Shown one piece after another: positions 9,386 to 19,518 of a stretch of 64,000 nucleotides of DNA (positions are counted from its first letter, which is position 1; the number at the start of each line of letters is the position of its first letter). The stretch is from Obrimoposthia wandeli (lineage: Eukaryota), in the NCBI GenBank assembly GCA_977020255.1, contig CDROCS010000666.1, forward strand, positions 248,001-312,000. Direction: 5' to 3'. The notes under the pieces were generated by a model. It did not search any database, was not told the origin of the DNA, and saw only the letters and a program-made list of their open reading frames with translations. The translations under genes were made by a program, and so were the position numbers.

Positions 9386-10894
9386 TCAAAAGAAATGAAA
9401 CATTTTCGATGTGTAACACGTAACACCCTTGCGAAGAAGGTTGTTTTTAGGTCTTTCCGCCCGCCCAACTAGCCTTTCTAATACCCGATCTAGCCATGAT
9501 TGCGGTTCTAATCGACGGGTTAGCGGTGTTTGCTGCAAGATATAGTCACTATGAAAGATCACAACGACCTCTTTCGTTTTGAAAGTCCCGAGCACACTGG
9601 CTTCAATTGCAGGGATCTCAAAGGAAAAATCGCCTTTTTCAACTTCAAGTCGCGATTCTTCGGCCTGCCATAGCCCTGAGCGGTGCCCACTAAATAACGC
9701 TATATTCAGAGCCCGCAGTGACCAGAAACTGCTAGCTGGCCCACTGTAATTATCAACCAATCGGGCATCATCAGAAAAAACACCTTGCGTCGGTGCCCCA
9801 TGCTCTAAAGCGCCCTGACTAATGAAATATTCAAGGCTGGTGCGAAAAGCACGCTTCGCTTCTCCTACCGAAAGGTTTGAAGCCTTTACATCAATAGCAG
9901 CAAGTAATGGCGCGGAAGCCGCCAATCGGTAACACACACTACGACCAAAAAATGGTAGCCCTTCAGGGGTAAAGAAATAACGAAATTTATCAACAAAGGT
10001 GGTTAAACTATGATGAATAAACTCAGGATCAAAATCTGGATTGATCTGATCTAACCAATATAAAGAATAGAAAAAGCCCCAAGCATTATAGTAATCATAG
10101 TTACCACGGGCTCCATCACGGAACCAACCGTCGCCAACATAAAATTCTTTTACTCGAGCATATTTATCATGAGCAATGGTATCTTCCCCAGTTAGATCTT
10201 TGATCACCAACTGGACGGTAAGCGGGAAAAGGTGCCAGTTATTATCAACGGTCTGGCAAGTATTCACTTGCTTAAACCATGTTGCCACCTGCTTTCGTTC
10301 AGCTAAGCTGAAGTGCTCCCAAACCCATTCTTTGCTCAGCCATAACGCAAGCGCCAGATCAGCACTTTCACAAATCCGCTGATCATAATCATGCAACTGG
10401 CCCCAATAACCTTTGTGCTCAGGGTCGGTACCAGCAAGAAATGCGGTTCGCAGTAACCCTGCAACATCAATCGCTTTATTATTCAGCCCGTTGATCACAG
10501 TCGTTGCCTGGCCATTGGCATGTAACCATGCAGCCAACGTTGGTATCACTCGACTAACCCCTTCCATAGCATCCGTTCTAGCGGTTTGCTGACTTGGCCG
10601 ACCAGGGTAATAGGCATGGGTATAATCCCATACTGCATAGTGTTCAAAAGCTTCGGCAATGTAGCGCACCAGCTGATCACATTGCTCTTGTAAGCTATAA
10701 GACAACCGTCCCGTATCAGAGTCGAACACCTGGCGAATAGCTTCATCATGCATACTATAGGCTGGCTTCTTATTACGTAGCCTAATCAAGTTCTCTTTGA
10801 ATAACTTGAGGTACATTGCAGCATCAGGATGTTCATAAGGGATAGTCGGACGCAGTTTGGCACTTATTTCTTTTTGCATGATTATTTCACTCAT
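9386..10894 (-). CDS. DUF2264-domain protein (candidate GH154-like glucuronidase), cytoplasmic
   Basis: EGVSR..P.LA, DQRICESA, NNWHLFP, FYVGDGWFRDG, DYYNAWGF and FGRSVCYR motifs fit DUF2264; no signal peptide. Confidence 0.75.
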   Translation of the reverse strand: MSEIIMQKEISAKLRPTIPYEHPDAAMYLKLFKENLIRLRNKKPAYSMHDEAIRQVFDSDTGRLSYSLQEQCDQLVRYIAEAFEHYAVWDYTHAYYPGRPSQQTARTDAMEGVSRVIPTLAAWLHANGQATTVINGLNNKAIDVAGLLRTAFLAGTDPEHKGYWGQLHDYDQRICESADLALALWLSKEWVWEHFSLAERKQVATWFKQVNTCQTVDNNWHLFPLTVQLVIKDLTGEDTIAHDKYARVKEFYVGDGWFRDGARGNYDYYNAWGFFYSLYWLDQINPDFDPEFIHHSLTTFVDKFRYFFTPEGLPFFGRSVCYRLAASAPLLAAIDVKASNLSVGEAKRAFRTSLEYFISQGALEHGAPTQGVFSDDARLVDNYSGPASSFWSLRALNIALFSGHRSGLWQAEESRLEVEKGDFSFEIPAIEASVLGTFKTKEVVVIFHSDYILQQTPLTRRLEPQSWLDRVLERLVGRAERPKNNLLRKGVTCYTSKMFHFF

Positions 10895-10939
10895 TCACTA
10901 ACACAAAAAAAGAGGCCTCTAACGAGGACCTAATCATGG

Positions 10940-12547
10940 TTATTTAGCTGACTCTGTTAGAATCTCATATCGATCCTGTCCCCAAGCAATAGGGGCTGGC
11001 TTGTTCTTTATCCAATCATAAAAAGCAGCTTTCAGCTCTTTCAGTTTCTCTGGATGTTTTTTAGCAAGGTTAATCGACTCAGCAGGATCTTGTGTATAGT
11101 TATATAGCTCATACTCACCTTTTCCATCATCGTAATAGTGCAATGACCAGTTTTGATCCTTGATTGCCCACTCCCCTTTCGAGCGTTTTTCAGTGTACTT
11201 ACTCGGGATAAACTCATTGGTTTCGAAAGTGATCCACTTCCAGTAGTTACTCCAGAAATCGGCATTACTTGAGTCATAATGAAGCGCACGTGGACCAGCC
11301 CAATATAGATACGGGTGTGGTTTTTGCTTTTCACCACTCAAAAGTGGCATGATATTTTTACCGTCAACTTTCATTTCAGATGGAATATCAATACCTGCGG
11401 CTGCCAAGGCTGTTGGAAGAATGTCCATTGCTGAAATCATAGTGTTATCAACATTGCCTTCTGGAAGTACGCCTTTCCAGTGCGCTACAAATGGAACATG
11501 GACACCACCACGATAACGCTGACCTTTGAATGCACGGTTCATACCGTTCATCGGCATCGGTGATTCATGCACGGCACCATTGTCTGAAAGGAAGAAAATC
11601 AGGGTATTTTCGTACTCTCCCATGGCTTTCAGCTTATCGATAATCTTGCCAATCCCTTCATCCGATGCATTGACGTGGGCGTAATATTTATCAACTTCTA
11701 CATTACCGGTGTTGAAGCGTTCCATGAATTTAGCCGGTGCTGGCTGTTCAAGCGGAATGTGAGGCACGCTATAGGCTAAGTTGATAAAAAATGGCTGATC
11801 TTCATCCTTAGCTTCTTCGATAAAATTAATGGTTTCGTTAGTCAGGTTATAAGTTAAATAACCTGGTGCCGGAGTATTCTCACCATTCTTAAAAACAGTC
11901 GGAGAGTTATACAATGCTGCCCCAGAAACATAATAACTATAGGAGTAATCAAAACCGCGCTCTTCCGGCCCGTATCCAGGCTCTGCAATCGATATTTGGT
12001 TATCGTGATAATCTCGGCTTTGCTCATCTAATGGCTTAAATTCCTTACGTACTTTGGCATTATGATATTTACCAATGTTCGCCGTGGCATAGCCATTTTC
12101 ATTCAGCAGTGCAGGGAGCAGTTTAATATCCAGCGGAATACCTAACTTGGCATCATCGTTACTATAAGTACCAAAGCTATGCGGAAAACGTCCAGTCATC
12201 ATGCCTGCACGCGATGGTCCGCACACTGGCGTCGCCACATACGCATTGGTCATGCGTACACCTTCATTCGCCAATGCTGTAATATTAGGCATTGAACGTT
12301 TAGCCGCATCGTATAACTTATCGAAGTCACCATCATAGCGAACTGGCACCGGACGTTCAGACAACCTTGCCTTATCAATTTGGTCCATTGCAAAATCTAG
12401 CTGTGCGGAACCCAAATCATCCATCACAATCAATAAAACATTTGGTTGTTCAACTTTTTCTGTTGCCATAGAGGTAATAGGTGTCACCGCACACGCAGCA
12501 GCGACAAAACCAGCCAGTACCGTCTTCTTTGACGAGGACAGTTTCAT
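10940..12547 (-). CDS. Exported S1 sulfatase, YdeN-like
   Basis: Sec signal, PNVLLIVMDDLG, CGPSRAGMMTG (C-x-P-x-R), GKYH, and SRDYHDN / SDNGAV segments I recall from E. coli YdeN. Confidence 0.9.
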   Translation of the reverse strand: MKLSSSKKTVLAGFVAAACAVTPITSMATEKVEQPNVLLIVMDDLGSAQLDFAMDQIDKARLSERPVPVRYDGDFDKLYDAAKRSMPNITALANEGVRMTNAYVATPVCGPSRAGMMTGRFPHSFGTYSNDDAKLGIPLDIKLLPALLNENGYATANIGKYHNAKVRKEFKPLDEQSRDYHDNQISIAEPGYGPEERGFDYSYSYYVSGAALYNSPTVFKNGENTPAPGYLTYNLTNETINFIEEAKDEDQPFFINLAYSVPHIPLEQPAPAKFMERFNTGNVEVDKYYAHVNASDEGIGKIIDKLKAMGEYENTLIFFLSDNGAVHESPMPMNGMNRAFKGQRYRGGVHVPFVAHWKGVLPEGNVDNTMISAMDILPTALAAAGIDIPSEMKVDGKNIMPLLSGEKQKPHPYLYWAGPRALHYDSSNADFWSNYWKWITFETNEFIPSKYTEKRSKGEWAIKDQNWSLHYYDDGKGEYELYNYTQDPAESINLAKKHPEKLKELKAAFYDWIKNKPAPIAWGQDRYEILTESAK

Positions 12548-12572
12548 GATGTACTCCTTTATTTTTATAGGG

Positions 12573-13850
12573 TTATTTATTAGCCTGTAAGTTAGCTAAA
12601 ATAGGCATGACGTTGGCGGCAAGCCCGCCTCGTTGGATTTCTTGCGCCATTAAGTGCATCGCAGGTGCACTGTGGCTAAAAATTTGTTGATAGGATTGGC
12701 ATAAATAATTATGTTTATGCTTTTCACCTTCAATGGTGGTGATGCGGTGCTTAGGACAACCGCCATAACAGAGCGCTTGAAAATCACACTGCTGGCATCG
12801 CTGAGTTAACTTAGAGGATTTGGCGCTACCAAAACGCTGCTGTTGCTTGCTCGTTGCCAGCTTCGCAATATTGGTTTGAGTGATATTGCCAAGCCGATTG
12901 GCAGGATAAACATAGTGATCACACGAATAAAGGTCACCATTTGCTTCAATCACCATGGCTTGACCACACTCTTTAGCCTGCACACATACCGAGGCAGGGT
13001 AACCCATCCATGTCGCTAGCATGCTATCGAACATACGAACGAAAATGTGCCCAACATCCTGCTTAACCCACTCGTTAAAAACCTCAGTCATGAACTGACC
13101 ATAGCCATGAGCAGGAACAGAAAAGTGGGTCAGGGTTGCATCGGCGGTTGGTGAGTAATGACCACGATTACTTTGCTGGCAATGCTGCTCAACTTCGACA
13201 ATCGGAATAAACTGAAAGTGCTTAGAGCCCAGCGCTTTTAATACCTGATAAGTCTCTTTGCCTTTATCCCAATTCTGATCATTGATGACGGTTAGAGTAT
13301 TGAACTGAACATTAAATTCTTTCAACAATGATATGGCATGCTTTACACGCTCAAATGTCGGCTTGCCATTAACTGAAATACGGTACTTATCATGGACTTC
13401 AGGCGCCCCGTCGACAGACACTCCAATAAGAAAGTTATTATCTGCAAAAAACTTTGCCCACTGCCGATTAATCGCGACAGCATTGGTCTGAAAACTGTTG
13501 GTAATCACTTTCCCATCTGCGTACTGCTGCTGGTATTTGACTGCATTTTTATAAAAATCAAGGCCTGCGAGGGTTGGTTCACCGCCTTGCCAAGCAAAAT
13601 CAATCTCATCTGCATCTTGCGAGCGAATATAGTCACGTACATAACGTTTGAGCATTGCATCAGACATGTTTTCTGACGCTTTCGAAGCTATTGCACTTGC
13701 ATCGCCAGCAACACGACAATTATCTTTCTGTTCTGAATTTTTCATCATTTCTTCTTTTTCAAGATAGAAACAATAATCACATTTCAAATTACAGCGATAA
13801 CTCGCTGGTTTCGCCATCATGTGAAAGCGTGCACGTTGTGACTGTCTCAT
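12573..13850 (-). CDS. Anaerobic sulfatase maturase (radical SAM/SPASM; YdeM/AslB-like)
   Basis: CNLKCDYC, WQGGEPTL and the SPASM Cys cluster (C...YSCDH...CQQC...CYGGCPKHR...NYLC). Confidence 0.93.
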   Translation of the reverse strand: MRQSQRARFHMMAKPASYRCNLKCDYCFYLEKEEMMKNSEQKDNCRVAGDASAIASKASENMSDAMLKRYVRDYIRSQDADEIDFAWQGGEPTLAGLDFYKNAVKYQQQYADGKVITNSFQTNAVAINRQWAKFFADNNFLIGVSVDGAPEVHDKYRISVNGKPTFERVKHAISLLKEFNVQFNTLTVINDQNWDKGKETYQVLKALGSKHFQFIPIVEVEQHCQQSNRGHYSPTADATLTHFSVPAHGYGQFMTEVFNEWVKQDVGHIFVRMFDSMLATWMGYPASVCVQAKECGQAMVIEANGDLYSCDHYVYPANRLGNITQTNIAKLATSKQQQRFGSAKSSKLTQRCQQCDFQALCYGGCPKHRITTIEGEKHKHNYLCQSYQQIFSHSAPAMHLMAQEIQRGGLAANVMPILANLQANK

Positions 13851-13892
13851 CGCAATACCTACCGTTTACATAGAAGAACTCCAAAGATAATA

Positions 13893-14147
13893 CGAAAGAA
13901 AACGAAAAACTAAAGCGACAAAAGTCACACTAACAGATAATTCAAAAGGCAATGAAAGGCACCAATCCACTTTTATGTTGTAAACATCAACAACGAAAGT
14001 AAAAAACCAACAAAACGAAAGCTAGGGCAATTTATTTGTTGTGATTTACATTCAACAAACCAAAAACAAAAGCATTCGTAAGCTACCATGTATTTACACT
14101 TGTGATTCAGATCAAAAAATAACCACTTAACTTTCGATAGCCTTTCG
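13893..14147. promoter_or_regulatory. Probable AgaR operator cluster in the divergent anSME / lyase promoter region
   Basis: CGAAAG at 13893, 13994 and 14016 (last two 22 bp apart); CTTTCG at 14131 and 14142 (11 bp apart). CRP-like TGTGA-TTCAGA-TCAAA near 14101. Confidence 0.65.
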
Positions 14148-14178
14148 ATAAAAGAATGCAACATAAAAGGATAGACAA

Positions 14179-17100
14179 ATGAAAACATGGAATAAACCAA
14201 GATATCTTGCTCTGAGTATTATTATTGCCCTTACTGGCTGTGGAAGTGAAAGTATTCACTCCCCCACAGAAAGTGAAAACATTGATGGAAAGGGCGCACA
14301 AATTGAACCTGGTGGTTATATGTACTTCTTCGAAGAGGGATTGCCACAAGCGATTACATCTTCGTCAACCAAACCTCTTTCAATCAGTAATGAGCACTAC
14401 AAAGATGGCTCACATGCTTTGAAATGGGCATATAGCCCAAACAGCCAACTCACTTTTCACCAGCGTATTGATTTCACCAATAACGACAGTGACACCACCC
14501 CCTACACCTTCATGGCATGGGTCTATAATGAGCAAGCTTCCGATAAAAAGCTTACTTTTCAATCTGGCACAAAAGAAAATTATCAAGCTCAGTTTAGTTA
14601 TTCTCTTAACTTCAAAGGCTGGCGTGGGATTTCAGTTCCTTATAGGGATATGGAAGGTACACCAAGTGAAGGCATGAACCGCTTAACGATCTCTGCCCCT
14701 GACTCTTCTGGAACGCTGCTTTTTGACCAAGTCATGCTGGCCGTCCCTGTTGATAACCGCTGGCCAACACCGGATTACCACCAGCCTTTTGTCAACCCAA
14801 CCGTCATCGACATGGCAAGCAAGAATTGGACTGCATTGCTGATGTACGATCAAATGCTTAAAGCTGAAAATCCCCGCTTTAACTTCAGTGCAGAGTTTAG
14901 TGATACTCAGGGAGACGCCGCACCTCTTTACCGTCAATTTGATCAACACCTTGCTGTTAATGAACAGCAAACCATCAGCCAAGAAAAAATCGATGCCAAC
15001 CTGGCAAAATACACCCAATTCAACATTCGGTATAACGCTGATGAATCAGTAACAGGGGAACCCCTTGATCATCCCAAACGCCATAACTTTTTAAAAGCTG
15101 GCATTGTCGGAGATGCAACCCTCGCCATGTTGACAGATACCATGGAAGTCCGGACGCTAGGCAAGACAATGCTGGAAACAGCCAAGTTTCTTCGTACTCG
15201 TTCTCTTTCAGCAGCAAACCGTGATTCGCTAGAAAAGGTATTCGTTGATGCAACTCGATACGCCCTCAATCAAGGTTGGGAAGGCGGCTCAGGTTTTCAA
15301 ATCATCACACACGTTGGTTACCAAACCCGTGAGTACTTCGATGCGATGTTCGTTGCACGCCAGCTACTAGCAGACAACCAACTACTCGAGCCTGTTCAAC
15401 AATCTATGATGTGGTTCAATGCTACAGGTCGAGTTTATGAAACCGACGATCGGATTAATTCATCCAACGTCGACATCCTTAACACTCAACTACAATGGAT
15501 GGTCAAAAGCTTCCTGCTATTACCGGATCAATCAGAACGTGACATGATGCTTAAGCAACTGCAATCTTGGCTCAGCAAAACTTTACTCGCTTCCGATGGA
15601 TTAAGTGGTGGATTCAAGCCAGATGGCAGCGTCTTCCACCATTCACAGCACTACCCAGCCTACGGAAAAGATGCTTTTAATGGATTATCTGGGGCCGTCT
15701 TCGGCCTAAGCGGCAGCACATACCAACTATCACAGGCTGCTCATGAACGGATAAAAGATGTTTTGCTTAAAATGAGGGTATACACAAAAGAAACCCATAC
15801 CCCCATCGTATTAAGTGGCCGTCATCCTGATGGCAAACAAAAAATCTCTGTAACACCATTCAAGTGGTTAGCACTTTCTGGATCGCCTGATAGTACGCAA
15901 TCTACAGATCCCGACTTGGCTGCTGCTTATGCAAATTTAGTTAAAAATCCCACCTTTGAAGGGATTGCAGCGGAAGCTGAACCAACTGGTGTATGGGCAA
16001 TGAACTATGCATCAATGGCAATAGCAAGAGGGCAAAGTCCAACAAAACCAACCCAATCTTGGTTAGCCACAGCCCGAGGATTCAGCCGCTACTTAGTCGG
16101 CAATGAGACCTACCAAGCTAATAATCTGTATGGCCGCTATCTTCAATATGGTCAACTTGAAATAACACCCTCAGACTTCTCGAAACAAGCCTTTAGCCAC
16201 GATGGCTGGGACTGGAACCGCTATCCGGGAACAACGACCATACACTTGCCAAATAACGAATTGAAAACAGTACTTAACCAGCTACCCGGAGCTGGTATAG
16301 AAGAAATGTTGCTGTCCACTGAAATTTATTCGGGTGCGAATACCCTAAATAACGACAGCGCGATGTTTGCGATGAAATTACACGGCCACAAAAAATATGG
16401 TCAGCAAAGCCTGCACGCCAGAAAATCGTATTTCATATTTGATAACACCGTTGTAGCCCTTGGCTCTGGAATCGAAAATGATGATAGCCAGCATGAAACG
16501 GAAACCACCCTGTTCCAATACAGTATCCCCAACCTTGAGCCGGTAGAAGTTAACGGTAATCCGATTAACACCCTCGGCACCGATATGACCCTCACAACAG
16601 ATTCAACATTCCTCGACCCAGCGGGTAACCGTTACTTTGTCAAAAATATTGCCGACGAACAGGTACGTTTTAGCTATCAGGCACAAAATTCCAATGACGA
16701 GGATGACGGCCAATCAACAACCGGTCAATTTGCCTCGGCTGTTATTGAGCATGGTAAAGCCCCTGTCGATGGTCGCTATGAATATGCTATCAATATCGAA
16801 GCGCAAAATACGATCAAGCCGAGTTACACCGTTCTTCAGCAAGACAACAAAGTGCACGCTGTTCGTAGCGAAAAGGGGGTAGAGGCCTACGCCTTCTTTG
16901 AACCAGCAACGCTATCGAATACAAACTGGGTCATTGCATCGGATACCCCGTCGCAAATCATGCTAAAGATCAATCAAAGCGCGGATCAACTATCGCTCAG
17001 TGTTGTTAACCCCGATCTGGCTCTCTATGAAGGCCAAGATCCAGAACAGATCGACGCCAATGGTGAACAAGTGGAAGTCAGTATCTACAGCCGACCATGG

Positions 17101-17280
17101 CGTTTTGACCTGTCGCAGCCGATGAATAACCAATTTACGGTTAAAGGTGAATGGAAGTTGGAAGGTAACAATTCACAAGTAACAACCAAGATTGAAAATG
17201 GCAATACCTTGGTGATGGTTACCACGATAGATGCCATACCGCAGGTATTTAACTTGAGTAAGGTGTTATCTAATTCATAA
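14179..17280 (+). CDS. PL8 chondroitin sulfate ABC lyase, ChABC II/exolyase-like, lipoprotein
   Basis: Lipobox LTG-C; QIITHVGYQTRE and FKPDGSVFHHSQHYPAYG catalytic segments as in Proteus ChABC II; GWDWNRYPGTT; 1033 aa. Confidence 0.9.
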   Translation: MKTWNKPRYLALSIIIALTGCGSESIHSPTESENIDGKGAQIEPGGYMYFFEEGLPQAITSSSTKPLSISNEHYKDGSHALKWAYSPNSQLTFHQRIDFTNNDSDTTPYTFMAWVYNEQASDKKLTFQSGTKENYQAQFSYSLNFKGWRGISVPYRDMEGTPSEGMNRLTISAPDSSGTLLFDQVMLAVPVDNRWPTPDYHQPFVNPTVIDMASKNWTALLMYDQMLKAENPRFNFSAEFSDTQGDAAPLYRQFDQHLAVNEQQTISQEKIDANLAKYTQFNIRYNADESVTGEPLDHPKRHNFLKAGIVGDATLAMLTDTMEVRTLGKTMLETAKFLRTRSLSAANRDSLEKVFVDATRYALNQGWEGGSGFQIITHVGYQTREYFDAMFVARQLLADNQLLEPVQQSMMWFNATGRVYETDDRINSSNVDILNTQLQWMVKSFLLLPDQSERDMMLKQLQSWLSKTLLASDGLSGGFKPDGSVFHHSQHYPAYGKDAFNGLSGAVFGLSGSTYQLSQAAHERIKDVLLKMRVYTKETHTPIVLSGRHPDGKQKISVTPFKWLALSGSPDSTQSTDPDLAAAYANLVKNPTFEGIAAEAEPTGVWAMNYASMAIARGQSPTKPTQSWLATARGFSRYLVGNETYQANNLYGRYLQYGQLEITPSDFSKQAFSHDGWDWNRYPGTTTIHLPNNELKTVLNQLPGAGIEEMLLSTEIYSGANTLNNDSAMFAMKLHGHKKYGQQSLHARKSYFIFDNTVVALGSGIENDDSQHETETTLFQYSIPNLEPVEVNGNPINTLGTDMTLTTDSTFLDPAGNRYFVKNIADEQVRFSYQAQNSNDEDDGQSTTGQFASAVIEHGKAPVDGRYEYAINIEAQNTIKPSYTVLQQDNKVHAVRSEKGVEAYAFFEPATLSNTNWVIASDTPSQIMLKINQSADQLSLSVVNPDLALYEGQDPEQIDANGEQVEVSIYSRPWRFDLSQPMNNQFTVKGEWKLEGNNSQVTTKIENGNTLVMVTTIDAIPQVFNLSKVLSNS

Positions 17281-17300
17281 CTAAACATATAGAAATGATC

Positions 17301-17331
17301 AAGGAGCCAATCGAAAGAGCGGCTCTTTTTA
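17301..17331 (+). terminator. Terminator after the lyase
   Basis: AAGGAGCC...GGCTCTTTTT hairpin plus T tract. Confidence 0.6.
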
Positions 17332-17619
17332 TTTACCGAAAGTTATATGCTTCCCTTTCGTACAACGCCGAGTTTCTACTTACATCAAGGTAATACTTTG
17401 CTTCTCCATACTTTCACGCATATCAGAAGTGATAAAATATCTTAGCAAACTTTCAAAAAAAATGACAATAATGCATAAAAATGCTAAATAGTACTAACGG
17501 TTAAAATAATACTCCAGAAAACCAAAACTCTAAGAATAAAATGCCAACAAGTGCATATCAATGAGAAATTCAAATTTACTGGCTTAACCGTTATCAAACA
17601 CACATCAGGAAATAACTTA

Positions 17620-18798
17620 ATGAAATTAATATTGAAATTAATTGCCGGCATCATGGCAGGTATTTTACTCGGATTTTTTGCTCCCGATGCAGTTATCCGC
17701 ATACTGCTGACAATGAAATCGCTCGGTGGCCAATTGATCGGTTTTACCATTCCCTTAATTATTCTTTTCTACATCACCAGCGGCATTGCCAGTTTGCCGA
17801 AAAACTCAGGCAGCCTATTAGGTAAAACTGTTGCGCTTTCTTACGGTTCAACCGTCATTGCTGGCAGTTTGGCGTTTATAGTCGCCAGCTCAGTGATAAC
17901 AGGTTTACCAGCACCAGATCAAACTACAGCCGATGCAGGCGCTAAACTGACCAGCTTTATTAGTTTGGAAATCCCGCCAATGTTCGGGGTAATGACCGCG
18001 CTAGCAACCGCCTTCTTATTCGGGATAGGTATCAGCATTACCAACAGTGTTCGGCTCAAAGAGATTGCTGATGACGGCCGCAGTATTATTGATCTGCTGT
18101 TATCAAAAGTTATTATTCCATTGCTTCCTTTCTATATATCCGGCATCTTTGCCGAAATGGCAGCTGAAGGCACTGTCTTTACGACTTTAAAAACATTTGG
18201 TGTAGTCCTTGCGTTGGCAGTCTTTATGCATTGGGTTTGGATCGCAATTCAATATACAATAACAGGCTTAGCACTGGGTTTGTCACCGATAAAACTAATC
18301 AAGAACATGCTGCCAGCGTATTTTACGGCCATTGGCACCATGTCTTCAGCAGCCACTATCCCTGTCACCTTGCGTCAAACTAAAAACAATGGCGTTGATG
18401 AGTCCATTGCCAATTTCACCATCCCGCTGTGCGCCACTATTCATCTGTCAGGGTCCACAATTACACTGGTTACCTGCTCTACGGCAGTGATAGCGCTAAG
18501 TCAGCATATTGCCCTGCCATCCTTGGTTGAAATGCTGCCCTTTATCATGATGTTAGGCATAACCATGATTGCAGCACCAGGAGCTCCGGGCGGCGGCGTG
18601 ATGGCGGCACTAGGACTAATGGCTTCCATGCTTGGCTTTGGGGAAGCTGAGTTGGCCCTGATGATTGCCCTATATATGGCGCAAGACAGCTTTGGTACCG
18701 CATGTAACATCACAGGTGACGGTGCTATCTCACTATGGGTAAATAAATTTGCTCAAAAGCAGCCTGTATCTACCAATTCATCACAGCAAGCAGGCTAA
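17620..18798 (+). CDS. DAACS (dicarboxylate/amino acid:cation symporter) family transporter
   Basis: TMSSAATIP, PLCATIHLSG and DSFGTACNITGDG signature segments; start moved to ATG 17620. Confidence 0.88.
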   Translation: MKLILKLIAGIMAGILLGFFAPDAVIRILLTMKSLGGQLIGFTIPLIILFYITSGIASLPKNSGSLLGKTVALSYGSTVIAGSLAFIVASSVITGLPAPDQTTADAGAKLTSFISLEIPPMFGVMTALATAFLFGIGISITNSVRLKEIADDGRSIIDLLLSKVIIPLLPFYISGIFAEMAAEGTVFTTLKTFGVVLALAVFMHWVWIAIQYTITGLALGLSPIKLIKNMLPAYFTAIGTMSSAATIPVTLRQTKNNGVDESIANFTIPLCATIHLSGSTITLVTCSTAVIALSQHIALPSLVEMLPFIMMLGITMIAAPGAPGGGVMAALGLMASMLGFGEAELALMIALYMAQDSFGTACNITGDGAISLWVNKFAQKQPVSTNSSQQAG

Positions 18799-18903
18799 CA
18801 ACATAAAATAATTAACCCTTTTCAAAGCTTTCGCTGTGCATTTATTATTATCAAGCCACCTATCGAGGTGGCTTTTTTACCAAATTAACATTATTAGTCA
18901 AAA

Positions 18904-19434
18904 CTAATTCACCAAATCTGTATCTACTACGAGTAGTTTTTTATCTCTATAAAGTCGATATAGCGTCACAGCATTCATACTCGCACTACAGGCTTCGAGC
19001 AACGAACCACCTATCGAACCCAAAGCGATATTATTTCCGAGCCATAGCAGTGATCCTGTCAACAAACCCAATCGAAGTTTTATTCCGTCAAGCATAAATA
19101 GTGAGTAGGTACCCACACACATTCCCATAACGCCAAGAGCTTCACTCGGGCGCTGTATCGAGAAAAATCCTGCAATGCTAAACAACATAAAAACCATCAT
19201 CACCAACCTGGAACGGACTTTGATAGTGATCAAGTTACGAATCATTGACACCGTGGCACAAAAAGCTGAAGAAAAAGAATTCAACAATAGAAAGTGAAGC
19301 GCATTTACTAGGCACAACCCCGCCATCCATAATTTCAGTTTGATATCTTTCTTCTGATAAAAGGCAAACAGGCCAATCGCAAAACTACAAAAACCAAATA
19401 GTTGTGCAATCAGATAAATGTGTTGTTCTGACAT
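18904..19434 (-). CDS. ygjV: YgjV-family inner-membrane protein
   Basis: 176 aa hydrophobic protein with AQ..G, HF.LL, R.... and LW..NN...GSIGG..E motifs of the YgjV family. Confidence 0.75.
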   Translation of the reverse strand: MSEQHIYLIAQLFGFCSFAIGLFAFYQKKDIKLKLWMAGLCLVNALHFLLLNSFSSAFCATVSMIRNLITIKVRSRLVMMVFMLFSIAGFFSIQRPSEALGVMGMCVGTYSLFMLDGIKLRLGLLTGSLLWLGNNIALGSIGGSLLEACSASMNAVTLYRLYRDKKLLVVDTDLVN

Positions 19435-19518
19435 GGATACCGCACTCTTTAGAATAAAAAAGCTGACTTTATCGAAATAAAATCAGCTTTTAATTTTTTC
19501 ACGTATGTACTAGCCACT

